In this document: piece by piece, positions 8,417 to 18,051 of the stretch
Layout of the letters: every line of letters begins with the position of its first letter
How positions within the stretch are numbered: position 1 is the first letter of the stretch
From: an uncultured Bacillales bacterium
GTDB taxonomy: Bacteria > Bacillota_I > Bacilli_A > RF39 > UBA660
NCBI GenBank assembly: GCA_947648915.1
Contig: CANSPQ010000004.1
Coordinates: forward strand, 1-63,346
Direction: 5' to 3'
DNA length: 63,346 nucleotides
The notes under the pieces: generated by a model
Database searches by the model: none
Seen by the model: only the letters and a program-made list of their open reading frames with translations
What the model was told of the DNA's origin: nothing
Position numbers and translations under genes: made by a program

Positions 8417-9598
8417 ATGGCGGAAAGAAAATTAAATGGAACTGTTATTGTTACATACAGATGTAATGCAAGATGTACGATGTGTAATCGATACAAGTGT
8501 CCTTCTAAAAAAGAAGAAGAATTGAGTATTGAAACCATTAAAAAATTACCTAAGATGTATTTTACAAATATTACAGGTGGAGAACCTTTTATTCGTGAAG
8601 ACTTAAATGAGATTGTAAGAGAACTATACAAAAAGTCAGATCGAATTGTTATTTCTACAAATGGGTTCTTTTCAGATCGAATTATTAAACTTTGTGAGGA
8701 ATTTCCAAATGTAGGAATTCGTATTTCTATTGAGGGATTAGAAAAAACCAATAATCAAATTAGAGGATTAGAGGATGGTTTTAATAAAGGATATTCTACA
8801 TTAAAAAAATTGGTAGAAATGAAACACCCAGATGTTGGTTTTGGTATGACAGTACAGGATGCCAATGCCAAAGATTTAGTAGAACTTTACAAATTATCTG
8901 ATGAATTAAATATGGAATTTGCAACAGCCTCTTTACATAATAGTTTCTATTTTGTGGAAGCAAAAAATATTATTAAGGATCGAATAATGGTAGCAAAGGA
9001 ATTTGAAAGTCTAATCAATAAATTATTAAATTCTAATTCACCAAAAAAATGGTTTAGAGCTTATTTTAATCACGGATTGATTAATTATATATTTGGTCAA
9101 AAAAGATTACTTCCTTGTGATATGGCATTTGATACCTTTTTCATTGATCCATATGGAGATGTTATGCCTTGTAATGGAACGAAAGAAAAGGAAGTTATGG
9201 GAAACTTAAATACACAGACATGGGAAGAACTTTGGAATTCAGAGCAAGCTGATAAAGTTAGAAATAAGGTAAGACATTGTGACAGAGAATGTTGGATGAT
9301 TGGTTCCGTTTCTCCAGCAATGCATAAATATATATGGAAGCCTACTTTATGGGTAATCAAACATAAATTTTTAAAACCTTTTCAAAAGGAAAAATATTCT
9401 ATGTTTGAAAATAAGATTGTAAGAGATTATCGAGATGGAAAAGTGACAAAAGAAGAATTAGATGCATGTTCTACCTGTGATATGCATTGCGAAGTGAATA
9501 ATGGGTTATCTAAAGAATCATTGGAACAATTAAAAACAAAAACAGGCGAGGAACTAGTGGATTCTGATATCAAAAAACAAATGGAGAGAGAAAAATGA
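8417..9598 (+). CDS. Radical SAM enzyme with Cys-rich (SPASM/twitch-like) C-terminal region
   Basis: CNARCTMCN gives CxxxCxxC at residues 16-23. GGEPF follows. Later cysteines: LPCDMAFDTFFIDPYGDVMPCNG, HCDRECW, CSTCDMHC. Confidence 0.75.
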   Translation: MAERKLNGTVIVTYRCNARCTMCNRYKCPSKKEEELSIETIKKLPKMYFTNITGGEPFIREDLNEIVRELYKKSDRIVISTNGFFSDRIIKLCEEFPNVGIRISIEGLEKTNNQIRGLEDGFNKGYSTLKKLVEMKHPDVGFGMTVQDANAKDLVELYKLSDELNMEFATASLHNSFYFVEAKNIIKDRIMVAKEFESLINKLLNSNSPKKWFRAYFNHGLINYIFGQKRLLPCDMAFDTFFIDPYGDVMPCNGTKEKEVMGNLNTQTWEELWNSEQADKVRNKVRHCDRECWMIGSVSPAMHKYIWKPTLWVIKHKFLKPFQKEKYSMFENKIVRDYRDGKVTKEELDACSTCDMHCEVNNGLSKESLEQLKTKTGEELVDSDIKKQMEREK

Positions 9599-10617
9599 AA
9601 CAAGTAAAATTTTCAGTAATTGTTCCAATATATAAGGTGGAAAAGTATCTTGATAAATGTATTGAGAGCATTTTAAATCAAACATATTCTGATTTTGAAT
9701 TGATATTAGTTGACGACGGGTCTCCCGATAATTGTCCTCAAATGTGTGATGATTATGCAAAAAAAGATAATAGAATAAAGGTAATTCATAAAAAAAATGG
9801 TGGACTTGTGAGTGCTAGAAATGCTGCTATTCAAGTGGCAACAGGGGAGTATGTATGCTATGTAGATGGTGATGATTGGATTAGTGAAAAACTATTAGAA
9901 ACTGTTTATGATAAAGCAATAGAGAAATATTCTCCAGATATGGTAATATTTAATATTGTAAAGCAATATGAAAATGAGCAACAATTAATACCGAATGATT
10001 TAAAAGAAGGACTTTATGATAAAGAGCAATTAGAAAAACAAATTTATCCATACATGATGTATAATCCTCAAAAATCATTTTGTAAAGGACTGGTTTTTCC
10101 AGCTGCTTGTAATAAAATATATCGTACTCGTATTTTAAAAGAACATTTTTGTAGTGATGAAAGAATTCGAATGGGAGAAGATAATGCATTTGTCTTTGAA
10201 TGCCTGTATTATTCTGATAAATTATATGTTTGCACAGACACTTTATATTACTATAATCAACTAAATGAAGGTTCTATTACAAGTCGATATGATGCCAATC
10301 GATTTATTAACAATCAGTATTTAACTACATATATTGAAACGAAATTGGGTGGTATAAATCCACAAATGGATTCCCAAATCAATGCCTTTAAGGCATATTG
10401 GTTAATTATGGCAATATTCCATGAGGTAAAATGTAAACAGAAATTATCAAAATCACGTAAACACATAAAAGAGAATATCAAAAAAACAGGGGTGTTAAAA
10501 GGCATTACATTAAAAGGACTACCAATTACAGCAAAAGTGTATTTAATCATGTTAAAATGTCATTTTTATTATATGTCATTATTTGCTGCTAAAATATTAG
10601 CTAAAAATCGTACGTAA
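9595..10617 (+). CDS. Glycosyltransferase family 2
   Basis: FSVIVPIYKVEKYLDKCIESILNQTYSDFELILVDDGSPD and YVDGDDW. The start overlaps the preceding stop (ATGA). Confidence 0.9.
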   Translation: MKQVKFSVIVPIYKVEKYLDKCIESILNQTYSDFELILVDDGSPDNCPQMCDDYAKKDNRIKVIHKKNGGLVSARNAAIQVATGEYVCYVDGDDWISEKLLETVYDKAIEKYSPDMVIFNIVKQYENEQQLIPNDLKEGLYDKEQLEKQIYPYMMYNPQKSFCKGLVFPAACNKIYRTRILKEHFCSDERIRMGEDNAFVFECLYYSDKLYVCTDTLYYYNQLNEGSITSRYDANRFINNQYLTTYIETKLGGINPQMDSQINAFKAYWLIMAIFHEVKCKQKLSKSRKHIKENIKKTGVLKGITLKGLPITAKVYLIMLKCHFYYMSLFAAKILAKNRT

Positions 10618-10642
10618 TCCTAGGAAGGTTGGAACATGATAT

Positions 10643-13060
10643 ATGAAATCAAGTAAAGCAAAAATTATTTTTCTAACATTTATTTTATTGACACTTGGAA
10701 ATTCAAAATTTTTAATAAATGTTGGAATCAACTCATATGTAGAATTGATAGGCTATATTTTATTAGCAATTGAGATCTGGTTTTATGCTTTAAAAGAAAT
10801 GCCAAAAAAAGGCTTATTATCACTTTTCAAAATTTTCTCGGTCCTATTAATTTTATTTTCCATAGGTATCTGTTTACAACCACTTAAATTATTCATCAAA
10901 TTGCGCTTGCTATTTACCATGTTTATGATGGCAACAATTACTGTCCCATCTAAAAAATATTTGAACTCTTTAAATGGAGTTCGCATGGCTTCCTATGGAG
11001 TACTAATTGGAATCTTTGGTGCAATTTTATTATCCATTATAGGAAATGTTCCATTGTCTGAGATTTCTCATGAAGGTTTTTTGAATTTTGGATTCAATGG
11101 TGGGTTACAATATAAAAATTATTATGCTGCTACTTTACTTGCAAGTTTTATGGGAATATATACTTATCACAAATATGAGAAAAAAAATAGGTTAGATACT
11201 TTAATTATGATATTGCAAGTTATGTTGTTATTACTTTCTAGTTCTAGGGGAGGATATTTACTCTTTATTCTATTTTTTATCTTAATAAACTTTGATTGGA
11301 TTGTGCAACTATATCATCGTATTGATAAGAATAGTTTTGTTACAAAACATAAATGGCAATTGATCGTTTTTGTGATAGTTTTATTTATTGTTGGCTGTTT
11401 TGGAGCTTCAAAATTAATTTGTAACAGTGCAACCTATATGTACCGTGTAAGAGGGGTACAAAATTACATTTCTTTTTACAAAAATGACTGGTTTCATTTA
11501 CTATTCGGAAATGCACAAATGGCATTTGGCAATCCCGATATACCATATGTAACTGCAATTCGAATTGCCATTAATGGTTTTGATGGCTCTTATGAAATGG
11601 GGTTCATCAATGTACTTGTAAAAAATGGTATTATTGGAATACTAGGATATATTTGGGTATATATCATGATTATTCAAAGTACAAAAAAAATGAGAGAAAA
11701 TAAATATAAAATACCAGTGATAGCTGTATTAACTGTATTACTATTTTCTTCTCTTGTAGAATCTTATGTTTGTTCCTTACATGGAATCTTTGGTGTCTAT
11801 TGTTACTTGTTTATGTTAGGCATATGTGGAATAGATGCAACAAATCCAAATAATAAAAAAGAACAAAATAAAAAAATTGTACTGGTTGATGAATGTATTG
11901 ATCGAGTTGGCGGTGTAGAAAGAGTAATTTGTACACTTGCGAATAGTTTATCAGAAAAATATGATGTAACTGTAATTAGTGAGTATAAACTAAATGAAAC
12001 CCCTTTTTATGAATATAATTCGAATGTCAAGATTCAATATTTAATGAACAATACAAAACAGAAATCTTCTACATTAAAAAATAAAAATTTGAAGTATTAT
12101 TTTTATCGATCATTTGAAAAACTGAAATCAAAAATTTTATTAAAACAAAGGATCAAAAAAATAACTTATCATTCTAATGAAATGAGTCATGCAAGTGTTA
12201 TTATCTTTGGAAGAGTTTATATGGCTTTACATTTTTTACCATTTTTAAATAAAAGAGAAAATTGTAAAATTATTGTTCGTGATGCAATTCATTTAAAGTA
12301 TTATAGCAAAAAAATTCAGGAACAGATTTTAACTTATTTCCCAAATAAAGTAGATGAATTTATTGTCTCATCCGATGAAAGTATAAAAGCTTATCAAGAA
12401 TTTTTTAAAGAAAAATCTGTCAATATGAAAAAAATTTATAATCCATTAGGTATTATTCCAAATATAGAATATCATTTTGCAAATAAAAAAATTATATCAA
12501 TAGGAAGATTAGATGAACAAAAGGGATTTGAAACATTGATTCGCGCAATGGCACAAGTTCATAATAAATATGAGGATTGGTCTTTAGAAATCTACGGAAG
12601 TGGAACGTATGAAAAAAAATTACAGGATGAAATTGAAAAACAGAAAGCGGAAGAATATATTAAAATACTTCCAGCTGTTCATGATGTTGTTTCAGTATTC
12701 AATCAATCTTCGATTTTTGTCTTGCCATCTCGATATGAAGGATATGCAAATGTTTTAGTGGAAGCAATGTCTTGTGGAATTCCATGTATTAGTTTTGATT
12801 GGTTAATGGGGGCTGATGAAATCATTGAAGATGGTGAGAATGGGATTCTCGTTCATTTGGTCGATAGGGAAGGTTATTTTAATGGGCTTAATTATGCACA
12901 GGATGCGATGTCTTTAGCAGAAAAAATAGCGTTTTTAATTGAAAGCCCGACTGTATGTGATGAAATGAGCAAAAAAGCCACTCAAATTGTAAATGAAAGG
13001 TCTATCAATGTAATTGTTCAAAAATGGACAAGCATGATTTTGGATACTTATGAGAAGTAA
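10643..13060 (+). CDS. Fusion protein: N-terminal Wzy/O-antigen-ligase-like polymerase domain (multi-TM) plus C-terminal GT4 glycosyltransferase
   Basis: Residues 1 to about 400 hold at least 10 hydrophobic segments with an LLLSSSRGGYLLF motif (Wzy_C-like). Residues about 410-805 are soluble, with GRLDEQKGFETLIRAM and LPSRYEGYANVLVEAMSCGIPCISFD. Confidence 0.65.
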   Translation: MKSSKAKIIFLTFILLTLGNSKFLINVGINSYVELIGYILLAIEIWFYALKEMPKKGLLSLFKIFSVLLILFSIGICLQPLKLFIKLRLLFTMFMMATITVPSKKYLNSLNGVRMASYGVLIGIFGAILLSIIGNVPLSEISHEGFLNFGFNGGLQYKNYYAATLLASFMGIYTYHKYEKKNRLDTLIMILQVMLLLLSSSRGGYLLFILFFILINFDWIVQLYHRIDKNSFVTKHKWQLIVFVIVLFIVGCFGASKLICNSATYMYRVRGVQNYISFYKNDWFHLLFGNAQMAFGNPDIPYVTAIRIAINGFDGSYEMGFINVLVKNGIIGILGYIWVYIMIIQSTKKMRENKYKIPVIAVLTVLLFSSLVESYVCSLHGIFGVYCYLFMLGICGIDATNPNNKKEQNKKIVLVDECIDRVGGVERVICTLANSLSEKYDVTVISEYKLNETPFYEYNSNVKIQYLMNNTKQKSSTLKNKNLKYYFYRSFEKLKSKILLKQRIKKITYHSNEMSHASVIIFGRVYMALHFLPFLNKRENCKIIVRDAIHLKYYSKKIQEQILTYFPNKVDEFIVSSDESIKAYQEFFKEKSVNMKKIYNPLGIIPNIEYHFANKKIISIGRLDEQKGFETLIRAMAQVHNKYEDWSLEIYGSGTYEKKLQDEIEKQKAEEYIKILPAVHDVVSVFNQSSIFVLPSRYEGYANVLVEAMSCGIPCISFDWLMGADEIIEDGENGILVHLVDREGYFNGLNYAQDAMSLAEKIAFLIESPTVCDEMSKKATQIVNERSINVIVQKWTSMILDTYEK

Positions 13061-14552
13061 GAAAGCATTTAAAAATATTATAACCTCATTGTTATTTCAA
13101 TTTTGTACAATCATATGTGGATTTATTGTTCCAAAGTTAATTATTGATAATTTTGGTTCAAAAGTAAATGGACTTATTACATCTATTACACAGTTTTTAG
13201 CTTATATAACCCTTCTCGAATCAGGAATTGGTCCTGTAATTAAGGCAAAGCTTTATAAACCAATCGCCCAAAAAAATAAAAGCGAAATTCAAAATATCTT
13301 ATATGCATCTGAAAAATTTTTTAAAGTGTTATCTCGCATATTTCTAATTTATATATCGTTATTATGTATAATATATCCAATGATTGTTGCATCGGATTTT
13401 GATACATTTTTTACAGTAAGTTTGATTTTAATCATCTCTATTAGTACATTTGCAGAATATTATTTTGGTATGACTTATAAGTTATTTTTACAGGCTGACC
13501 AAAAAGGATATGTCATATCTATCATCCAAATTATAACTACAGTATTCAATACAATATTTGTAATTATACTTATCAAATTAGGAGTAGAAATTCAATTTGT
13601 GAAATTAATGACTGCGACGATTTATGTAGCAAGACCACTCTTTTTGAAATATTATTTTAATCGAAAATATGATATCAAATATTTTGATGTAGATAAAAAC
13701 TATAAGTTAGATAAAAAATGGGATGGACTTGCCCAACATATTGCCTCTGTTATTCATACCAACACAGATGTAGTAGTTATTACCATTTTTTTAAACGTAT
13801 TAGAGGTATCAGTATACTCTGTATATATGCTAGTAGTAAATGGTGTAAAGAGAATTGCAGAGGCACTAACAGGTGGAATTGAGGCAACATTTGGTGATAT
13901 GATTTCTAAAAATGAAAAAGAAACTCTACGGAACCGTTTTGATCAGTATGAGTTCTTATACTTAAATATTTTAACTATATTATTTAGTTGTACGCTGATA
14001 TTAATTACACCATTTGTATCTGTTTATACAAGTAAAATTGCAGATGTTAATTATGTACTGCCTTTGTTTGGCTTCTTAATTGTTTTGGCTGAATTTGTGC
14101 ATTCCATTCGTATGCCATATAATTTATTAACATTATCGGCTGGTCATTTTAAAGAAACGAGAACAGGTGCTTGGGTAGAAGCAGTTTTAAACATTGTATT
14201 ATCTGTTATTTTGGTATTTCATTATGGATTAGTAGGAGTTGCCATTGGAACATTAGTTGCTATGATAATTCGAACGATTGAATTTGTAATACATGCTTCT
14301 AAATATATACTGGAAAGAAGTATTTTTATAAGCATGAAAAAGTTTATGGTATTGATACTTGAAACTTCAGTATTGTTATTGTTGAATTATTGGCTATCTC
14401 CTTATATAATAATTAATAGTTATTTATCATGGTTTTTATTTGCAATTCTAGTATTTTTTATGTCTTGTCTATTTGTTTTTCCAGTGAGTTTATTGATTTT
14501 TAAAGATCAAAGGAGTCTTATTAAGAAAATACTTATGAGAAAGAAAAAATAG
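13050..14552 (+). CDS. Wzx-type polysaccharide flippase (MOP/MATE-like superfamily)
   Basis: 500 aa with about 12-14 hydrophobic segments. Its position next to a Wzy-like gene in a glycan locus supports the call. I recognise no sharper motif. Confidence 0.6.
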   Translation: MRSKKAFKNIITSLLFQFCTIICGFIVPKLIIDNFGSKVNGLITSITQFLAYITLLESGIGPVIKAKLYKPIAQKNKSEIQNILYASEKFFKVLSRIFLIYISLLCIIYPMIVASDFDTFFTVSLILIISISTFAEYYFGMTYKLFLQADQKGYVISIIQIITTVFNTIFVIILIKLGVEIQFVKLMTATIYVARPLFLKYYFNRKYDIKYFDVDKNYKLDKKWDGLAQHIASVIHTNTDVVVITIFLNVLEVSVYSVYMLVVNGVKRIAEALTGGIEATFGDMISKNEKETLRNRFDQYEFLYLNILTILFSCTLILITPFVSVYTSKIADVNYVLPLFGFLIVLAEFVHSIRMPYNLLTLSAGHFKETRTGAWVEAVLNIVLSVILVFHYGLVGVAIGTLVAMIIRTIEFVIHASKYILERSIFISMKKFMVLILETSVLLLLNYWLSPYIIINSYLSWFLFAILVFFMSCLFVFPVSLLIFKDQRSLIKKILMRKKK

Positions 14553-14605
14553 GATTAGGATATTAAATTCATGAGAAATAGTATTTTTTAAGGAAGTGAA
14601 CACTT

Positions 14606-15664
14606 ATGAAAGGGAAAAATAAAAAAGTATATTTGGAATTTTTAAGAATTATAGCAGCATTTTTGGTTATTTTCAATCATAATATTGGCTTTCATTTATA
14701 CAAAACAAATTGTCATGCTATAATGCGGTTATTTTATATTTTCTGTTCTGTAGTCAGTAAAATAAGTGTACCACTTTTCTTTATGATATCCGGTTCACTA
14801 TTATTGGACAAAGAAGAATCGTTAAAAACGTTATATAAAAAGCGGATTGGAAAAATTCTTCTTGCTTTATTATTTGCAAGCTTTGCTATTTATTTGTATA
14901 ATGTGATAGATAAGAATCAGTCGTTTATAATAAGTGAATTTATTCAAAAAATGATATCTGGAAATATTACAGTTGAATATTGGTATTTGTATGCATATTT
15001 AGGTGTATTAATTATGTTACCATTTTTAAAATGTTTAGTAAGAAGTATGAAAAATATGGATTATAAATATTTATTCATCTTACGCATCGTTATGAAATCA
15101 TTGATACCGATTGTCATTTATTTAAGTGGTATACTATTTGATATAAAATTATCATTATCTCCAAACTTTAATATTGCATTTGCAACCGTTTCATGTATCT
15201 TTTACATGCTAATGGGATATTATATTGATAAAAAAATCGATATTGAAAAGTTAACTAAAAATCAGTGGATTCAATTAATCGGTGCTTTTATAGGTGCAAC
15301 ATTTATAACAATTGGCTTTATTTATTATGATGGTATGAAAAATGGATTTAACCAAAATTTTATACAACTCTTTGATTATGTAATAGCAATTAGTACATTC
15401 ATTTTTGTAAAATACATATTTGTCCATAGAGGTGTTAATTCAAAAATACAAGCTGTTATTATATTTGTAGGAAATTTGACATTTGGTATATACTTACTTG
15501 AGCCATTGTTTAGAGTTCCAATTTCAAAAGTAGTAAACATCTTATATCAAATTAACATGCCTGTGTTAGTTGTATCCTTTATTTATTGTGTAGTTGCAAT
15601 GATGATATGTGGGCTAATTACCTATATTTTGAAACATATACCCGGTATCAGGAAAATCGTATAG
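14606..15664 (+). CDS. Second acyltransferase family 3 membrane protein
   Basis: [18 protein letters not shown]-terminus and about 10 TM segments. Confidence 0.7.
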   Translation: MKGKNKKVYLEFLRIIAAFLVIFNHNIGFHLYKTNCHAIMRLFYIFCSVVSKISVPLFFMISGSLLLDKEESLKTLYKKRIGKILLALLFASFAIYLYNVIDKNQSFIISEFIQKMISGNITVEYWYLYAYLGVLIMLPFLKCLVRSMKNMDYKYLFILRIVMKSLIPIVIYLSGILFDIKLSLSPNFNIAFATVSCIFYMLMGYYIDKKIDIEKLTKNQWIQLIGAFIGATFITIGFIYYDGMKNGFNQNFIQLFDYVIAISTFIFVKYIFVHRGVNSKIQAVIIFVGNLTFGIYLLEPLFRVPISKVVNILYQINMPVLVVSFIYCVVAMMICGLITYILKHIPGIRKIV

Positions 15665-15678
15665 GAGGAGTTGAATTT

Positions 15679-16078
15679 ATGAAAACATATTTAGTAACAG
15701 GTGGAGCAGGTTTTATAGGATCTAGTTTAACAAAAAAATTATTGAGTGATGGAAATAAGGTGGTTGTGATAGATAATTTCTGTGATTACTATAACCCACA
15801 AAAAAAGAAAGTAATGTAAAGAATTCTTAAAAAACGATGATTATAGTTTATATCGTGGTGATATTCGCAATCGTGAAGATATCAAAAAAATTATGGATGA
15901 AAATGAAATAGATGTGATTGTACATTTAGCAACTATGGCAGTAGTAAGGCCTTCTATTGAAAACTCAATACTGTATCAAGAGGTAATCAGTGATGTTATT
16001 ATTGCCAATCGATTTGATTCAGAACTGAATGATTGTATCAATAAAATTTATACAAGGGATATTTTTAGAAGATATTAA
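15679..16078 (+). pseudogene. Decayed NAD-dependent sugar epimerase/dehydratase (frameshifted and internally deleted)
   Basis: [17 protein letters not shown]...VVVIDNF (Rossmann GxxGxxG) stops at 15817-15819. A different frame continues DDYSLYRGDIRNREDIKKIMDENEIDVIVHLA.MA.VRPSIEN.ILYQEV and ends after only about 60 more codons. Intact homologues are about 310-340 aa. Confidence 0.8.
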
Positions 16079-16084
16079 GTTGTA

Positions 16085-16116
16085 AAGTAGAAGAAATTGA
16101 ATTCTACTTTTTTTCT
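16085..16116 (+). terminator. Rho-independent terminator
   Basis: AAGTAGAA (16085-16092) pairs with TTCTACTT (16102-16109), followed by a T-run. Confidence 0.7.
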
Positions 16117-16148
16117 GAGTATGATACAATAATATAGGAAGTGATAAC

Positions 16149-17600
16149 ATGGCTAAAAAAAATAAAAGGAAGCAAATGATACTTCATCAACGAATCGGAA
16201 AAGTATTTTCTTTATTATTGGTAATTGTTACCGTTATCTTTTTTGGTATGATTTTCAGCATGAATATTTTACCAATAAAATATATGACTATATTACTTGG
16301 AATATATGCTCCAATTGTAATCATTTTAGTATTACTTATGTTAATGAAAAAACTGAAGTTAAAGATAAAAATACCATGTGAAATCATATCGGTAATTCTT
16401 GTATTTATTTTATTTTTAGGAATATCTTATTTAAATAAAACAATGAATTTCATAGGGAAAATTAAAGACAAAAAATATCAAACAGAAAATTATTATGTAG
16501 TGGTATTAGAAAATAGTCAATATCAAGATTTAAATTCGCTTAAAAATAAAACCATTGGAATTCATACAAGCACTTTAGACAGTCAAGAAGATGCATTCAA
16601 TGATTTTAATAAAAAATTATCTTATAATGGAAAAGATTATACTGATTTCATGAAACTAGGAAATGATTTGATAAATAAGAATATTGATGCGATGTTTATC
16701 AATGGATCATACTTATCGATTCTACAAGATGAGGATGAAACATTCGGTAGTAAAATGAAAATATTAGAAATAATTGAAATTAAAATAAAAAATGAAACTA
16801 TAAAAAAAGATATTGATGTTACAAAAGAACCATTTAATTTATATATTAGTGGTATTGATATTTATGGAAATATTACATCTGTATCTAGAAGTGATGTCAA
16901 TATAATTGTAACTGTAAACCCTGTTACACATCAGATTTTATTAACTTCAATTCCGAGAGATTATTACGTAAGACTTCATGGAACAACTGGATATCGAGAT
17001 AAATTAACGCATGCAGGAATTTATGGAGTGGATATGTCAATTTCTACATTAGAAGACTTATTAGATATCGATATTAACTATTATGCGAGAGTTAATTTTA
17101 CCACATTAATTAAACTAGTTGATGCGATAGGGGGAGTAGATGTATATTCTGATTATACCTTTACATCACATCATGGCAATTTTAAATTTAATGTTGGAAT
17201 GAATCATATGAATGGTGAACAGGCTCTAGGCTTTACAAGAGAGCGCTATGCATTTAAAGATGGAGATCGACAAAGAGGAAAGAATCAACAGAAAGTAATT
17301 ACAGCTATCATTAATAAAGCTTTATCTTCTAAAACGTTAATTACAAAATATACCAATATATTAGATTCATTACAGAGTAGTTTTCAAACCAATTTAGGAA
17401 GTAATAAAATTTATAGCCTAGTGAATATGCAACTAGATAAAATGCCATCTTGGGAGATTACTTCTATTAGTTTAGATGGTACTGGTAAAAGTGAATATAC
17501 GTATTCTTATAGTGGTGGGAAGTTATACGTTATGGAACCAGATTTAAGTACAGTGGAGGATGCTAAAGAGAAGATAAAAGAAATAATGAACATTCAGTAA
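16149..17600 (+). CDS. LytR-CpsA-Psr (LCP) family glycopolymer ligase, membrane anchored
   Basis: N-terminal TM. LLTSIPRDYYV, DKLTHAG, NYYARVNFTTLIKLVDAIGGVDV, MNGEQALGFTRERY..GDRQRGKNQQKVI. Confidence 0.9.
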   Translation: MAKKNKRKQMILHQRIGKVFSLLLVIVTVIFFGMIFSMNILPIKYMTILLGIYAPIVIILVLLMLMKKLKLKIKIPCEIISVILVFILFLGISYLNKTMNFIGKIKDKKYQTENYYVVVLENSQYQDLNSLKNKTIGIHTSTLDSQEDAFNDFNKKLSYNGKDYTDFMKLGNDLINKNIDAMFINGSYLSILQDEDETFGSKMKILEIIEIKIKNETIKKDIDVTKEPFNLYISGIDIYGNITSVSRSDVNIIVTVNPVTHQILLTSIPRDYYVRLHGTTGYRDKLTHAGIYGVDMSISTLEDLLDIDINYYARVNFTTLIKLVDAIGGVDVYSDYTFTSHHGNFKFNVGMNHMNGEQALGFTRERYAFKDGDRQRGKNQQKVITAIINKALSSKTLITKYTNILDSLQSSFQTNLGSNKIYSLVNMQLDKMPSWEITSISLDGTGKSEYTYSYSGGKLYVMEPDLSTVEDAKEKIKEIMNIQ

Positions 17601-17645
17601 ATATTAGGACAATTATTGTTGTTCTTTTTTTTACCTATGAACATA

Positions 17646-17674
17646 TTGACTTAAATAGTAACATATGTTACTAT
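17646..17674 (+). promoter_or_regulatory. Promoter of the toxin-antitoxin pair with embedded 18-bp perfect palindrome (candidate operator)
   Basis: TTGACT (17646-17651), 17-nt spacer, TACTAT (17669-17674). TAGTAACATATGTTACTA (17656-17673) is a perfect inverted repeat covering the spacer and -10. Confidence 0.55.
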
Positions 17675-17694
17675 TATGTTAGAGAGGAGGGAGT

Positions 17695-18051
17695 ATGAAT
17701 TCTAATCAAAATAAATTACTAAATAGAATGAAAAGATTAGTATATGAAGGAAAAAGAAGATTTGAAGATAGAGAGGATAGAAATTATTTTGAAGATTTAT
17801 TGGAAATAAATATATCTCCCTCTCAAGCTTGGGAACACATATTAAGTTTAAATCCCCATATGTATTTTCCAGATTTAAAGCCGTTGTATAATAGGAGTAA
17901 TAATACTCTAACTTTTAAAAAATTAATAAATGGAATATGTGTTTACATAAAACTGCAACTTGAAATCACAAATGAATTAGAAGAAGTCGTTTGTCTTTCT
18001 TTTCATAGAGATTATAAAAGGAGTGAAGAGTATGAAATGTTATGTGTGTAA
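17695..18051 (+). CDS. MqsR-like type II toxin (putative mRNA interferase)
   Basis: 118 aa. By recalled alignment to E. coli MqsR: LNRMKRLVYEGKRRF versus LSQVKKLVNAGQVR, and C-terminal VYIKLQLEI...VVCLSFHRD versus VYLKITVIHDVLIVSFKEK. It lies upstream of, and overlaps, an MqsA-like gene. Confidence 0.5.
   Translation: MNSNQNKLLNRMKRLVYEGKRRFEDREDRNYFEDLLEINISPSQAWEHILSLNPHMYFPDLKPLYNRSNNTLTFKKLINGICVYIKLQLEITNELEEVVCLSFHRDYKRSEEYEMLCV

Noticed and set aside
11180-11690. A8 homopolymer tracts (11180-11187 and 11683-11690) in the Wzy-GT4 gene as phase-variation switches.
   Set aside because: Runs of 7-8 A or T are frequent throughout this AT-rich window, in coding and noncoding DNA alike. Nothing shows that slippage is used here.
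15586-15678. The 5' extension of ORF 15586-15819 into the acyltransferase gene.
   Set aside because: It lies inside the 14606-15664 CDS. The epimerase homology starts at ATG 15679, which is preceded by AGGAGGAG.
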